Below are positions 1 through 8,803 of a stretch of 26,349 nt of DNA, piece after piece. The stretch covers positions 1 through 26,349 of the forward strand of contig JAWOEX010000041.1 of assembly GCA_046482545.1 (NCBI GenBank). The letters run 5' to 3'. This stretch comes from Candidatus Thorarchaeota archaeon. Its GTDB lineage: Archaea > Asgardarchaeota > Thorarchaeia > Thorarchaeales > Thorarchaeaceae. How positions within the stretch are numbered: the stretch's first letter is position 1; each line of letters starts with the position of its first letter. The translations under genes were made by a program, and so were the position numbers. The notes beneath the pieces were generated by a model, which searched no databases, was not told where the DNA came from, and saw only the letters and a program-made list of their open reading frames with translations.

Positions 1-91
1 TCATATTCAATTCTCGTCGGATAGCATTATGTAAAAGAGACAAGAACAAAGGCCTCGACTCGGCAAACAGGGCCAGTAAAGGAGCGAAGGA

Positions 92-919
92 TTACGAAGT
101 AAGACCAGATTCTAGGACTGTAAAGAACTCGTCTTTGACATGAGGATGAGAGAAAGCGAAGAACCATGGAACTCGGGCAAAGTCGTCACTATATTGGACT
201 GGATTTCCATTCAAGTCTGTGCAAATACCACCTGCTTCTTCAACAATGACCTGTGGGATTCCAAAGTCATGAGGGCTTGCAAGATGGTACATCAGTACAC
301 TGAGGCGCCCCTCCGCAACAGCTACCATCCCATGATGCGCACCCATGGAATCAAATTTCACAAGTCCCATTTGTTGCACCACAGAGAGATACTTCTCTGC
401 CCGTTTCTGTGAATAGAATCCATCTGGCTCATCTCTACGCTCAAACTCAAGGGACCTGCCCATCGACGTTTCAACCCTGATGCCATTTCCCCTCCCCGCC
501 AGGTAGATTCTATCGATGGCAGGAAAATAGATGGCGCTTGCAATGAATTGCCTGTTTCGTGAAAATGCGGCTCCTACTGCGTGGTCTTTCCGCCCTTGCG
601 TATATGAGTAGGTCCCATCCAATGGATCCAGATGAAAACAAAGGTCGCCAGAGTCACCAGTAAATACCTCTGTACGCGGAGTCTCCTCTTCAGCGTTGAT
701 TCGCAGGTTGGGCATGAGGGAGTGCAAAACCTCAAGAACCACTTCTTGGACTAAGTCATCAGCAATAGTATGAGCAGTTGACGTAGCATCAGCCTTGCTG
801 TCGGGCAGATCTGACTTCTTTGGGATATTCTCTATACTGTCCTGAAGGTGGTTTAGAATAATCCCACCAGGAATAATGGCGTTTTTTAGTACCTTCAACA
901 GATCGTTCGGCTCATCCAT
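92..919 (-). CDS. Inositol monophosphatase-family phosphatase, probably a CysQ-like 3'(2'),5'-bisphosphate nucleotidase (PAP phosphatase)
   Basis: IMPase metal motifs AEEE and LDPLDGT, plus a late HD and EEAGG. Last gene of the sat-cysC run. The ATG at 919 follows a purine-rich GAGAGGGGAG and is preferred over the ORF-track start at 946. Confidence 0.8.
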   Translation of the reverse strand: MDEPNDLLKVLKNAIIPGGIILNHLQDSIENIPKKSDLPDSKADATSTAHTIADDLVQEVVLEVLHSLMPNLRINAEEETPRTEVFTGDSGDLCFHLDPLDGTYSYTQGRKDHAVGAAFSRNRQFIASAIYFPAIDRIYLAGRGNGIRVETSMGRSLEFERRDEPDGFYSQKRAEKYLSVVQQMGLVKFDSMGAHHGMVAVAEGRLSVLMYHLASPHDFGIPQVIVEEAGGICTDLNGNPVQYSDDFARVPWFFAFSHPHVKDEFFTVLESGLTS

Positions 920-961
920 GTGGCTCCCCTCTCTTTGTTTCACCAAAGGCTGCAGCCCGAA

Positions 962-1201
962 TCAGTCTAGGTAACCAAGTGCTTTCAATCTGTCTTTGAC
1001 CTTTTTCTCATCTTCTTTTGTGAATGGATTTTCTGTGTCTTCTTCTTCTCTGTTTGCGATTATTTCGCGCAAGACATAGGTCACATAGCTCGATACAGAT
1101 GTGAAACCCGTTCCTTCAATTCGCTCCTCGATTTTGTTAAAAAGCGGAACTGGAACCGAGACCGATGTGAATTTCCCTGTGCGTTTCTTACCCTTCGCCA
1201 T
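962..1201 (-). CDS. CopG/ribbon-helix-helix DNA-binding protein with C-terminal RLKALGY tail
   Basis: FTSVSVP beta ribbon followed by two helices (GFTSVSSYVTYVLRE); 79 aa. Confidence 0.85.
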   Translation of the reverse strand: MAKGKKRTGKFTSVSVPVPLFNKIEERIEGTGFTSVSSYVTYVLREIIANREEEDTENPFTKEDEKKVKDRLKALGYLD

Positions 1202-1231
1202 TTCTGAATCACCTAATCATTTATGGTTCTT

Positions 1232-1762
1232 TCAATCTTCGGACAAATATCCGAGTTCTCTTGCCTTATCAAGGATTTTGTTGACGGATTCTTCAATCGT
1301 TTCCTTGTGAGTATGTACTGTAACATCCGGATTGAGCGGCTTCTCGTACGGATCATCGATTCCTGTGAAATTCTTGATTTCACCTGCCAAAGCCTGTTCA
1401 TACAGGCCTTTCGGATCCCTCTCGATGCACACATCAATCGGAGCATCAACGAAGACCTCTATCATATTGGGAATCTCCTCTTTTGCGTAAGCTCGAGTTT
1501 CCCTGTATGGGGAAATGAGCGCAACAACGACGATAACGCCATTACGTGCCAAGAGCTTGGTACAGAAAATAACCCTGTGATTGTGTTCATTTCTGTCTTC
1601 CTTCGAAAACCCAAGGTCTCTACTGAGACCCTGTCGAAGCTTGTCTCCGTCCATTGTCTCGATATAGCGGGATCCCTCAAAGTGTTCGACTAACTTGTTG
1701 GCTATCGATGTTTTCCCTGAACCTGAGTAACCTGTCAACCAAATACAAAATCCATTCTTCAT
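1232..1762 (-). CDS. cysC: Adenylyl-sulfate (APS) kinase
   Basis: P-loop GYSGSGKT, MDGD, LGFSKEDR, ISPY, RDPKGLY, FTGIDDPYEKP. Confidence 0.97.
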   Translation of the reverse strand: MKNGFCIWLTGYSGSGKTSIANKLVEHFEGSRYIETMDGDKLRQGLSRDLGFSKEDRNEHNHRVIFCTKLLARNGVIVVVALISPYRETRAYAKEEIPNMIEVFVDAPIDVCIERDPKGLYEQALAGEIKNFTGIDDPYEKPLNPDVTVHTHKETIEESVNKILDKARELGYLSED

Positions 1763-1765
1763 GTC

Positions 1766-3142
1766 TCATTGACTCCTTATCGTTTGTCCTGTCATGTAGT
1801 CTTTAGTTTCAAGCCCCATGAATTTCAGAATCGTTGGGGCTATGTCCAAGATGTTTTGTGGTCCCCTGACCGATTGGGTTTGGCCCGGAAACCTTGCAAC
1901 ATACATTCCATCCCAATCGTGAACTGCATCATCAGGACCTGCAGCACTCCCGTAGAAGTACATAGATTCATGACCCATGCTACTCGATGCTCTCCAGCAG
2001 AGGTCATCAAAGTAAACCATCAAATCGGGATAGTCACCCTTACAATCTTCATAGATATCCTCAGGCTTGTCTACAATGTTTGTCCACTTCTCACCATTGG
2101 GGCCCCGAACGGTCTGTAATTGCCTCGTGAGATTAGTACGAAATCGCTCATACTCATGTGGTGGGACTGTTCCCTGTTCTTCATAGCCTTCAACATTCAC
2201 GAAGATTCGGGAGTAGTAACCCCCCCATCCCCACGCTTTTGTTTTCTTCCAGTCAATTTCGAGATCTTCGAAAGAACGTGGTTCCGTTGGCTGTTTCCTC
2301 AAGGTCAGCAAGCCATTCTGCTCCAGCCACTGGTTGATACAAAACGCTCCCTTCCTGCCCTTTGCTCCGTGATCAGATGCTAGGATGAACAGCGTATCAT
2401 CGGACATGATTTCAAGAAGCTCACCTAGCTGTTCGTCCAGTAGCTTATAGAAGTCGATAAACTTGGACTCGTACTCATTTCGCGGCTTGTACTTGTGATG
2501 ATTCTTGTCATAGAAGCGCCAGAAACCATGATGTAATCTGTCCGGACCCACCTCCATCAAGACGAAGAGATCCCACGGTTTCTCTTTCATCAAATGCTTG
2601 GCGAGCCGGTGGCGTTTCTTGACCATATCTATAAGATTGCTGTAAAGCTCCTCCTTCTCTTCGGTTCGATAGAACACATCGAGCGAATACTCACCTACCA
2701 CATCCTTGATCTCCTCCATTAGTGAGGATGGATAGGTGTATGTCTTATCGATGCCTGGAGCCAAGAAGCCAGAAACCATTATTCCATTGACCTTCTGAGG
2801 CGGATACGATGGTGGCATCCCAATAACAACCACTTTTCCATCGTTGTCCCCGACAAAATTCCAGATTTTCTTGGGCTGAATCTTGTTAGAATCAGGTATC
2901 CAGACATCCTTGTAGTTGCCTGGTTCTCTGTGCCTAAATCCGTATAGACCCAGCTGGCCAGGGTCACAACCTGTGGCCATGCACATCCAAGCTGGAATCG
3001 TGATAGGGGGTTTTGTACTTCTCAGAGGGCCATAGTTGCTGTTCTCAGTCAGGTGGCTCAGATTTGGCATGACATCTGCCAAATCATCAAACACCAAACT
3101 GGGTGGAACACCATCCCAACCAAGAAGCACAACCTTCTGCAT
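1766..3142 (-). CDS. Alkaline phosphatase superfamily nucleotide pyrophosphatase/phosphodiesterase-like protein
   Basis: LGWDG, PPITIPAW..MATG (Thr nucleophile), DRLHH, SDHG, HDWDG. The ATG at 3142 avoids overlap with sat and follows GAGGT. Confidence 0.88.
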   Translation of the reverse strand: MQKVVLLGWDGVPPSLVFDDLADVMPNLSHLTENSNYGPLRSTKPPITIPAWMCMATGCDPGQLGLYGFRHREPGNYKDVWIPDSNKIQPKKIWNFVGDNDGKVVVIGMPPSYPPQKVNGIMVSGFLAPGIDKTYTYPSSLMEEIKDVVGEYSLDVFYRTEEKEELYSNLIDMVKKRHRLAKHLMKEKPWDLFVLMEVGPDRLHHGFWRFYDKNHHKYKPRNEYESKFIDFYKLLDEQLGELLEIMSDDTLFILASDHGAKGRKGAFCINQWLEQNGLLTLRKQPTEPRSFEDLEIDWKKTKAWGWGGYYSRIFVNVEGYEEQGTVPPHEYERFRTNLTRQLQTVRGPNGEKWTNIVDKPEDIYEDCKGDYPDLMVYFDDLCWRASSSMGHESMYFYGSAAGPDDAVHDWDGMYVARFPGQTQSVRGPQNILDIAPTILKFMGLETKDYMTGQTIRSQ

Positions 3143-3155
3143 CCTTATCACGACC

Positions 3156-4301
3156 TCATTCCACAAAAGGCTCATCAAATTCAAGAATCGTGTCGGCAAC
3201 CTCAGGACGCATCACATCCGGGGGTGGTCGGCGGCCTTCAGATAGCATACCTCGGATTTTCGTTCCTGAGAATATCACGTGTTGATCAGAATCGTGGGGA
3301 CATATCTTATCATTTGCAATGCTGTTGCATTCCTTGCAGTAGAAAAATGAAGCAAAACAAATCGGTGAGATGCCCAAGTCGGGATACTCTTCGAAGATAT
3401 AGTGTGCATCGAGAGGTCCATAGAAATCACCCACCCCTGCGTGATCTCGCCCGACTATGAAATGAGTGCAACCGAAGTTCTTCCGCATGATGGCGTGATG
3501 AATTGCCTCCCTTGGACCTCCGTATCGCATCTCCGTGTGCAGAACAGCTAGGACTGCATACTTTTGGAGATAGTAGTTTCTCATGAGAGTCTTGTAGGCC
3601 CGCAGAATGACCGGATCCTTAAAGTCGCCAGTCTTCTTCTTACCGATAAGGGGATTGATGAAAATGCCATCAATCATGGATAAGGCCGTCTTTTGGACGT
3701 ATTCATGACCAAGATGCGGGGGATTTCGCGTCTGAAAAGCGACAACAGTATGCCAATCTTTCTCTTTGAAGAGAATACGGGTTTCCTTTGGCCGCAATGT
3801 GAAATCGGGATAGGGATTGCCAATTTCGTTGAGTAATCGGACACGCCCCCCCACGAGCGTATCAGCCATATTCATGACCTTGGCAACGCCCGGGTGACGA
3901 GCATCCGTTGTACCGAATACGGATTCGGCAAACTTGGACTTGTCATATTCGTAGATATCTTCAACTTCAAGGGTCGCAGTGGGCGTACCATTGTAGACCA
4001 GTCCAACCATGTCTCCTTCTGTAGTATCTGCAAGCGTCTCCTCATCCACATCGAACACGATTGGTATCGTCCACGGGACGTCGTTGGCAAGGCGGCCGTG
4101 TTCCAAGACCATTTCGAAGTCCACTCGGTTCAGAAAACCATCAAGAGGGCTGAAGACACCATGGGCTATATTGTCAATCTCCTGTGCAATCTCCTTTGTT
4201 ATGCTCATGGTAGGGTACTCATGAAAATTATCGGAGATTCGCTCACTTTCGCTTTTGCTTATTGTTCGTTCTACTAGTCTTCCTCCGTGTGGTCGTTGCA
4301 T
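3156..4301 (-). CDS. sat: Sulfate adenylyltransferase (ATP sulfurylase)
   Basis: PHGGRL, FSPLDGF, FQTRNPPHLGHE, RYGGPREA, GRDHAGVG, CxxC...CPH zinc site, SGTKIR. Confidence 0.97.
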   Translation of the reverse strand: MQRPHGGRLVERTISKSESERISDNFHEYPTMSITKEIAQEIDNIAHGVFSPLDGFLNRVDFEMVLEHGRLANDVPWTIPIVFDVDEETLADTTEGDMVGLVYNGTPTATLEVEDIYEYDKSKFAESVFGTTDARHPGVAKVMNMADTLVGGRVRLLNEIGNPYPDFTLRPKETRILFKEKDWHTVVAFQTRNPPHLGHEYVQKTALSMIDGIFINPLIGKKKTGDFKDPVILRAYKTLMRNYYLQKYAVLAVLHTEMRYGGPREAIHHAIMRKNFGCTHFIVGRDHAGVGDFYGPLDAHYIFEEYPDLGISPICFASFFYCKECNSIANDKICPHDSDQHVIFSGTKIRGMLSEGRRPPPDVMRPEVADTILEFDEPFVE

Positions 4302-4508
4302 AAGTCAAGGCTCCATTGTTCTGATTATGGTGGGACGGTCAGTTCGCATACTGAGTTGAAATCATCTCATGCCATAGTTGGGTGTGGATCAATCTGAGCC
4401 CAACCACGAGTTGCTCTTTTCATGAAGCAAATGGCTGTTCCAAATTCCCTTCTTTGTGTTCAACAGATACACCCTTGTAAACTCTCAACATGCTAGTTGA
4501 TGGGGCCT

Positions 4509-4532
4509 GATTATATTTAATTAAACTTTCGG
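4509..4532 (-). promoter_or_regulatory. BRE-TATA promoter with conserved downstream motif, upstream of sat
   Basis: Minus strand reads CCGAAAG-TTTAATTA-AATATAATC; the same 17-mer occurs at 6615 and, with one mismatch, at 7573. Confidence 0.7.
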
Positions 4533-4599
4533 CCCATTTCATACTTCAATTCAATTTGATTCGATTTTGAACTCAATAGACGACCCTACGAACCACGAA

Positions 4600-5382
4600 T
4601 TATAGTATGATACCGCTTAGAAGAACCCAGATTAATGTGAAAAACCCAACCATTACGATTGACACTCCAACTACCTTCTTCACTACTCCCTGCTCAAGTT
4701 TGGAAGTTGTCAAAGCAGAGAATGGAGAGGCAAGGAGCGCACCAGCTGTTATTCCTATGATCAGGAACATATTAGGGACACCTACGAACAGATAGTAAAG
4801 AAAGAAACCTGCCACGCATATTATACCTTCAACTAGTGCCGTGATTGCAAGGGCTGCACGAGGAGGAATATCGCATAGCATCTGGCCAGATGTTGTTATC
4901 GGTCCATATCCCCCTCCGGATATGCCCTTATTGAAGCCCGCGAGAATTCCCATCCCTGCAATCTTGCCCACTGAGTAATCAATGCACCTATTCCCATTTG
5001 AAAGCGTCAACAAACCCACCATAAGAACTGAAAGTGCAATATAGGTTTTGACAAAGATGGGTGGCAGGACAATATTCGTAAATGTTGATACTGTGACTCC
5101 CGCAAATCCGGTTAAAACAAAGATACCAAGGGACTGTTGCTGTCTCCGGTCATCTGTCAAATCCATGTTATGATATTTCTGGTGAAAACTAGCAGAAACC
5201 AACCCTGCAAAAATCTGACTGAACAGAACTACAGGCACTAGCACCACGGGGTCATAACCCCAAACCACGAGAATTGGAGTGAGGGTAGTCCCATATCCCA
5301 TACCTAAGGTGGCGGCAATATATTCAGATAGAAATGCTACTATGATTAGAATAAGTATTGTAAAAAATTGCATGCTTCTCAT
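4600..5382 (-). CDS. TauE/SafE (TSUP) sulfur-compound transporter, paralog 1
   Basis: About 8 TM segments; ATLGMGYGTTLTP and GFNKGISGGGYGP repeat motifs. Confidence 0.9.
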   Translation of the reverse strand: MRSMQFFTILILIIVAFLSEYIAATLGMGYGTTLTPILVVWGYDPVVLVPVVLFSQIFAGLVSASFHQKYHNMDLTDDRRQQQSLGIFVLTGFAGVTVSTFTNIVLPPIFVKTYIALSVLMVGLLTLSNGNRCIDYSVGKIAGMGILAGFNKGISGGGYGPITTSGQMLCDIPPRAALAITALVEGIICVAGFFLYYLFVGVPNMFLIIGITAGALLASPFSALTTSKLEQGVVKKVVGVSIVMVGFFTLIWVLLSGIIL

Positions 5383-5790
5383 CCCAGAGAACTTATGTAA
5401 AAATTCATGCTGACATATCGGGGTAGTTCATATCAGTATCCCTGATTGTCAGAATCCGTGCGTTTGTATAGCGAATTGACAGCTCATGTGATCTTCTCAC
5501 AAAAATTCTGCCTGTTTTTTCCACAGAACTCAGCCCATGTAAGATTTTTGAGATTCCCTATCCACATATGTGTGTTCCGTTTTTTTCTCAATTAAAACCT
5601 TCTCTTACGTATGTCTTCAAATTCGTTTGTCTAAGGTACTCCAAACTGAATTTAGCAAATAATGCAGGGATTACGAAGTGAAAGTCAAGTGAGATGAAAT
5701 ATATCAGTAGACTGGACATATCTCTATGGCCGGGTTTTGGTCTAGCATGGGTAGCCCCACTGAAAATGCCACGGGAGACGCACTCTTCGG

Positions 5791-6564
5791 TTATACGTAT
5801 CCTCCGGTCAGTACCCATAGAAAAGTGATGAATCCAACAAGAAATGTGCAGGCTGCAATAATCTCCTTCACATGCTGGTCATTGAGCTTGGAAACGGTAA
5901 TTGCAGAAAGGGGAGCTGCAGCCACACCGCCAGCAGTAATCGGAATAATGAATAACAGAGACGGAAAACCACGAATGAATAAATGAATCAGAAAACCAAT
6001 AGCACACAACATCCCCTCGATCAGAGTTGTGATTGCAACAGCAGCCCTTGGCTTGATATCACTGACAATCTGGCCGCCAACTACTATTGCACCATATCCC
6101 CCTCCGGATATGCCTTTGTTGAAAGCGGCTATTGTTCCCATTACCATAAGCTTGCTTTTTGAATACGATATCTCGTGGTTTCTAGTAACAACCATGATCA
6201 CCCCCATGGTCATCACTGCGAGAGTAATGTACATCTTGACTAAGAAACCGGGTAGCGTGATTACTGAAAATGTCGAGAGTAGGATTCCTATCACTCCAGT
6301 TATGCCAAAAATGTAGAACGCGTTCCTCTCTTCCTTATCATCAACTAGATTCATGTTTCTGAATTGGTGATGAAAGGCAGAAGAGACAAAACCAGCAAAA
6401 AACTGAGCGAAAAGGACCACAGGAACTAGGGTGACGGGTTCATAGCCGAGAATAATCAAAGCAGGGGTCAGAATCGTGCCAAAACCCATTCCAACTGTAG
6501 CATCGACATATTCACAGATAAAGGCAACAACTACCAAGACAATGATTGATTCGATCATCGTCAT
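5791..6564 (-). CDS. TauE/SafE (TSUP) transporter, paralog 2
   Basis: CEYVDATVGMGFGT and AFNKGISGGGYG; RBS GAGGAG upstream. Confidence 0.9.
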   Translation of the reverse strand: MTMIESIIVLVVVAFICEYVDATVGMGFGTILTPALIILGYEPVTLVPVVLFAQFFAGFVSSAFHHQFRNMNLVDDKEERNAFYIFGITGVIGILLSTFSVITLPGFLVKMYITLAVMTMGVIMVVTRNHEISYSKSKLMVMGTIAAFNKGISGGGYGAIVVGGQIVSDIKPRAAVAITTLIEGMLCAIGFLIHLFIRGFPSLLFIIPITAGGVAAAPLSAITVSKLNDQHVKEIIAACTFLVGFITFLWVLTGGYV

Positions 6565-6614
6565 CTAATCTCCTCACTGATATAGGCTGATTGAGATAGT
6601 GGTTACGGTTTTTA

Positions 6615-6639
6615 GATTATATTTAATTAAAATTTTGGG
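6615..6639 (-). promoter_or_regulatory. TATA promoter with conserved motif, upstream of TauE paralog 2
   Basis: Plus strand GATTATATTTAATTAAA at 6615-6631, identical to 4509-4525. Confidence 0.7.
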
Positions 6640-6742
6640 AGTGTCTTTTCAAGTGAACAATATGCAATTAGAAGCTTAGGCGTGCCATCGTCTCCTTACA
6701 ATAATGGGTGGAAGGAACCTAAGCCATGAATTCTATCTCGAT

Positions 6743-7516
6743 TCATGCAAAACCTGTAATCAATACCCAAAACAGGGTGACAAGACCAATCGTGAGTGTG
6801 GAAACTGCGACCACATCTTTCACTTGGTGCTGATGAATCTTAGCTATGGTCATTGCTGACAAAGGCGCTGCGATTACAGCCCCAACTGATAGGGAAGCTA
6901 ACATCACAATATCGGGTACCCCCATCCAAACGAGATGAATCACAAAACCTACAATACATATCAAACTCTCAACAAGTGCTGTTATGGCCACGGCTGCTCG
7001 AGGAGGGATATCACTCAGCATCTGCCCGCCGACAGTGATGGGGCCGTAACCCCCACCTGAAATTCCCTTGTTGAACGCTGCAATCAAACCCATAGCAGCA
7101 AGTTTGATAGGAGAGTAAGTGAATCTTCTGTCATTCATCCAAAGCATCACTAGTCCCATCGCTGTAACTGCGGCAGCGATATATATCTCAACATAGATTG
7201 AGGGCAAGACAATCATGGATATAGTAGAGAGGATTACTCCCAGCATACCTGTTATCAAGAACACGAACAGTGCATGTCGTTGCCTTGGTTCTGCAGAGAG
7301 GTGCATATTCTCAAGATTGTGATGAAATATTGAGCTAACAATACCTCCCAAGAACTGACTGAACAAGACAACAGGCACGAAGACGATGGGGAGATACCCA
7401 AGGATGATTAATGCTGGAGAAAGAATGGTTCCAAAACCCATCCCCAAAGTGGCGTCAACATACTCGCAAATGAGCGCGAGGACGGCGAGCAATAGCAACA
7501 CCTCTAACGTTGTCAT
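6743..7516 (-). CDS. TauE/SafE (TSUP) transporter, paralog 3
   Basis: CEYVDATLGMGFGT and AFNKGISGGGYGP; ATG at 7516 preceded by GAGGATG. Confidence 0.9.
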   Translation of the reverse strand: MTTLEVLLLLAVLALICEYVDATLGMGFGTILSPALIILGYLPIVFVPVVLFSQFLGGIVSSIFHHNLENMHLSAEPRQRHALFVFLITGMLGVILSTISMIVLPSIYVEIYIAAAVTAMGLVMLWMNDRRFTYSPIKLAAMGLIAAFNKGISGGGYGPITVGGQMLSDIPPRAAVAITALVESLICIVGFVIHLVWMGVPDIVMLASLSVGAVIAAPLSAMTIAKIHQHQVKDVVAVSTLTIGLVTLFWVLITGFA

Positions 7517-7572
7517 AGTATCATCCTCAAGAGGAAAATCCCACAGCAAAATTTGGGATGTAAACTGTAACA

Positions 7573-7598
7573 GATTATATCTAATTAAAAGGGTTGGG
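7573..7598 (-). promoter_or_regulatory. TATA promoter with conserved motif, upstream of TauE paralog 3
   Basis: Plus strand GATTATATCTAATTAAA at 7573-7589, 16/17 match to the other two copies. Confidence 0.68.
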
Positions 7599-7750
7599 TT
7601 TTTGGTCGAATTTACCTTGCTGCGAAATCTTTCATGAAGTTAAATCAACCTTCCAAGTAAGAATCTGTACAATATGGAGGGTTCCCACTTGTTCTAGGAG
7701 CGGCAAACAGAAACCTCAGCCAAATAGGAGGAATCTGCAGAAGGCTGCAT

Positions 7751-8104
7751 CTATGTGATGTGTAGAATATCTCCCAAGACCAGCCGAACTCTCGTCAACA
7801 CTCTCTGACTTACCTCGCCAATTATCCCCTCAAATTTCTTTGTAGAAACTGCGCGAATATTATGACAAAGTGCATAAGATTCCTCTCGTAATCCTCCTTC
7901 CCGGTCCATGGGAACGACAGTCCAATAATCGCGTCTTTTTGTGGTTAAAGGAATAGTAATTGCTATGGCTAATTCTTCACTGCCTGGCCCATATTTGGTT
8001 GGCATTGATACAACTAGATTTGGTCTGCGACCTCCCTGTTCATGTCCAACCACAGGATTCAGATTTAGGATAGCTATGTCTCCTGCTTTAGGTGGTTGAG
8101 CCAC
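7751..8104 (-). CDS. Type II TA toxin, MazF/PemK endoribonuclease
   Basis: GDI..LNLNPVVGHEQGGRRP.LVVS, IPLTT, S.ALCHNIRAV. GTG start at 8104 with GAGGTG RBS; 117 aa. Confidence 0.9.
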   Translation of the reverse strand: MAQPPKAGDIAILNLNPVVGHEQGGRRPNLVVSMPTKYGPGSEELAIAITIPLTTKRRDYWTVVPMDREGGLREESYALCHNIRAVSTKKFEGIIGEVSQRVLTRVRLVLGDILHIT

Positions 8105-8259
8105 GGTCTCAGCCCACCTCTTCATCAACACTGGACAAAAACACTCTTTCGACGATTTCTTTATCCTCATTATCCGCAATAATTGCACGGAGTCGCCCTG
8201 TTTCAGGGGCCGCATTGTTCGCTGCTCCAAGCAGGGTTAATTGAGTTAACGTCTCCTGA

Positions 8260-8690
8260 TAACCCGTTTCTTACAGTTTTACCAACTGTATGAAACTCCT
8301 GTGTTCCACCCTTCCCTTGCCCAGCGTCACCGCCATACCGGGGCGCTACCCCCGGCCAAGCAAGGGCTTTGACCGCCATCATGGAGACACGGTCCTTCTT
8401 GCGGCCTCGGCTTCTGTCTCCTGCCCTGACCCGGACACATCACATTCGGGGGCAGCGAGTGTTCCCACAGCTTTTACCACGGCGGGGTTATTATCACTCT
8501 GCCCAGCTTTGTCACCGAAGCTGGCCAGGTCCAATTGGACAAAGCGAACAGCCGCGGACTCTCCCCGGCCTGATGGAGGGCCGTGTGGGAGAGTGAGGAC
8601 TTCTGCTTAGAAGAACCAGTCTTCCTCACAGCCTTCGGGGCTGGGCGCTTCTCCCGTGAGGGAGTGGCCCACCGCCCTAGTCCTACTGGA
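8260..8690 (-). ncRNA. Putative structured RNA (omega-RNA-like) in element copy 1
   Basis: Stems are kept despite sequence change relative to copy 2: CTGCCC/GGGCAG, ACTCTCC/GGAGAGT, CAGCC/GGCTG, CCCTTGC/GCAAGGG, ACAGTT/AACTGT. Boundaries approximate. Confidence 0.6.
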
Positions 8691-8743
8691 CTTCGGTCTC
8701 GTACTGGTTCTAATAAACTCCCCCGCTTGGGTGATAAGAATCG

Positions 8744-8803
8744 TTACAGGAAATCCTACAGATATTTTACATTTTTGCGCCCTGGTTTTTTAGGATTCTG
8801 TAA
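8744..8803. repeat. Helically phased end-repeat array of element copy 1
   Basis: TTACAG at 8744, CTACAG at 8756, TTACAT at 8767 (12 and 11 bp period), plus inverted CTGTAA at 8798; TTACAG also at 8271 near the other end. Confidence 0.7.

Noticed and set aside
5383-5790. Third element relic or small gene in the 400-bp spacer (TGTAAGATTTT near 5538; ORF 5588-5818)
   Set aside because: Only a short AT-rich match with no other element blocks; the ORF has no recognisable features.
8105-8230. N-terminal extension of MazF in the ORF track
   Set aside because: This stretch encodes the C-terminus of the interrupted upstream gene in another frame; the GTG at 8104 has a good RBS.
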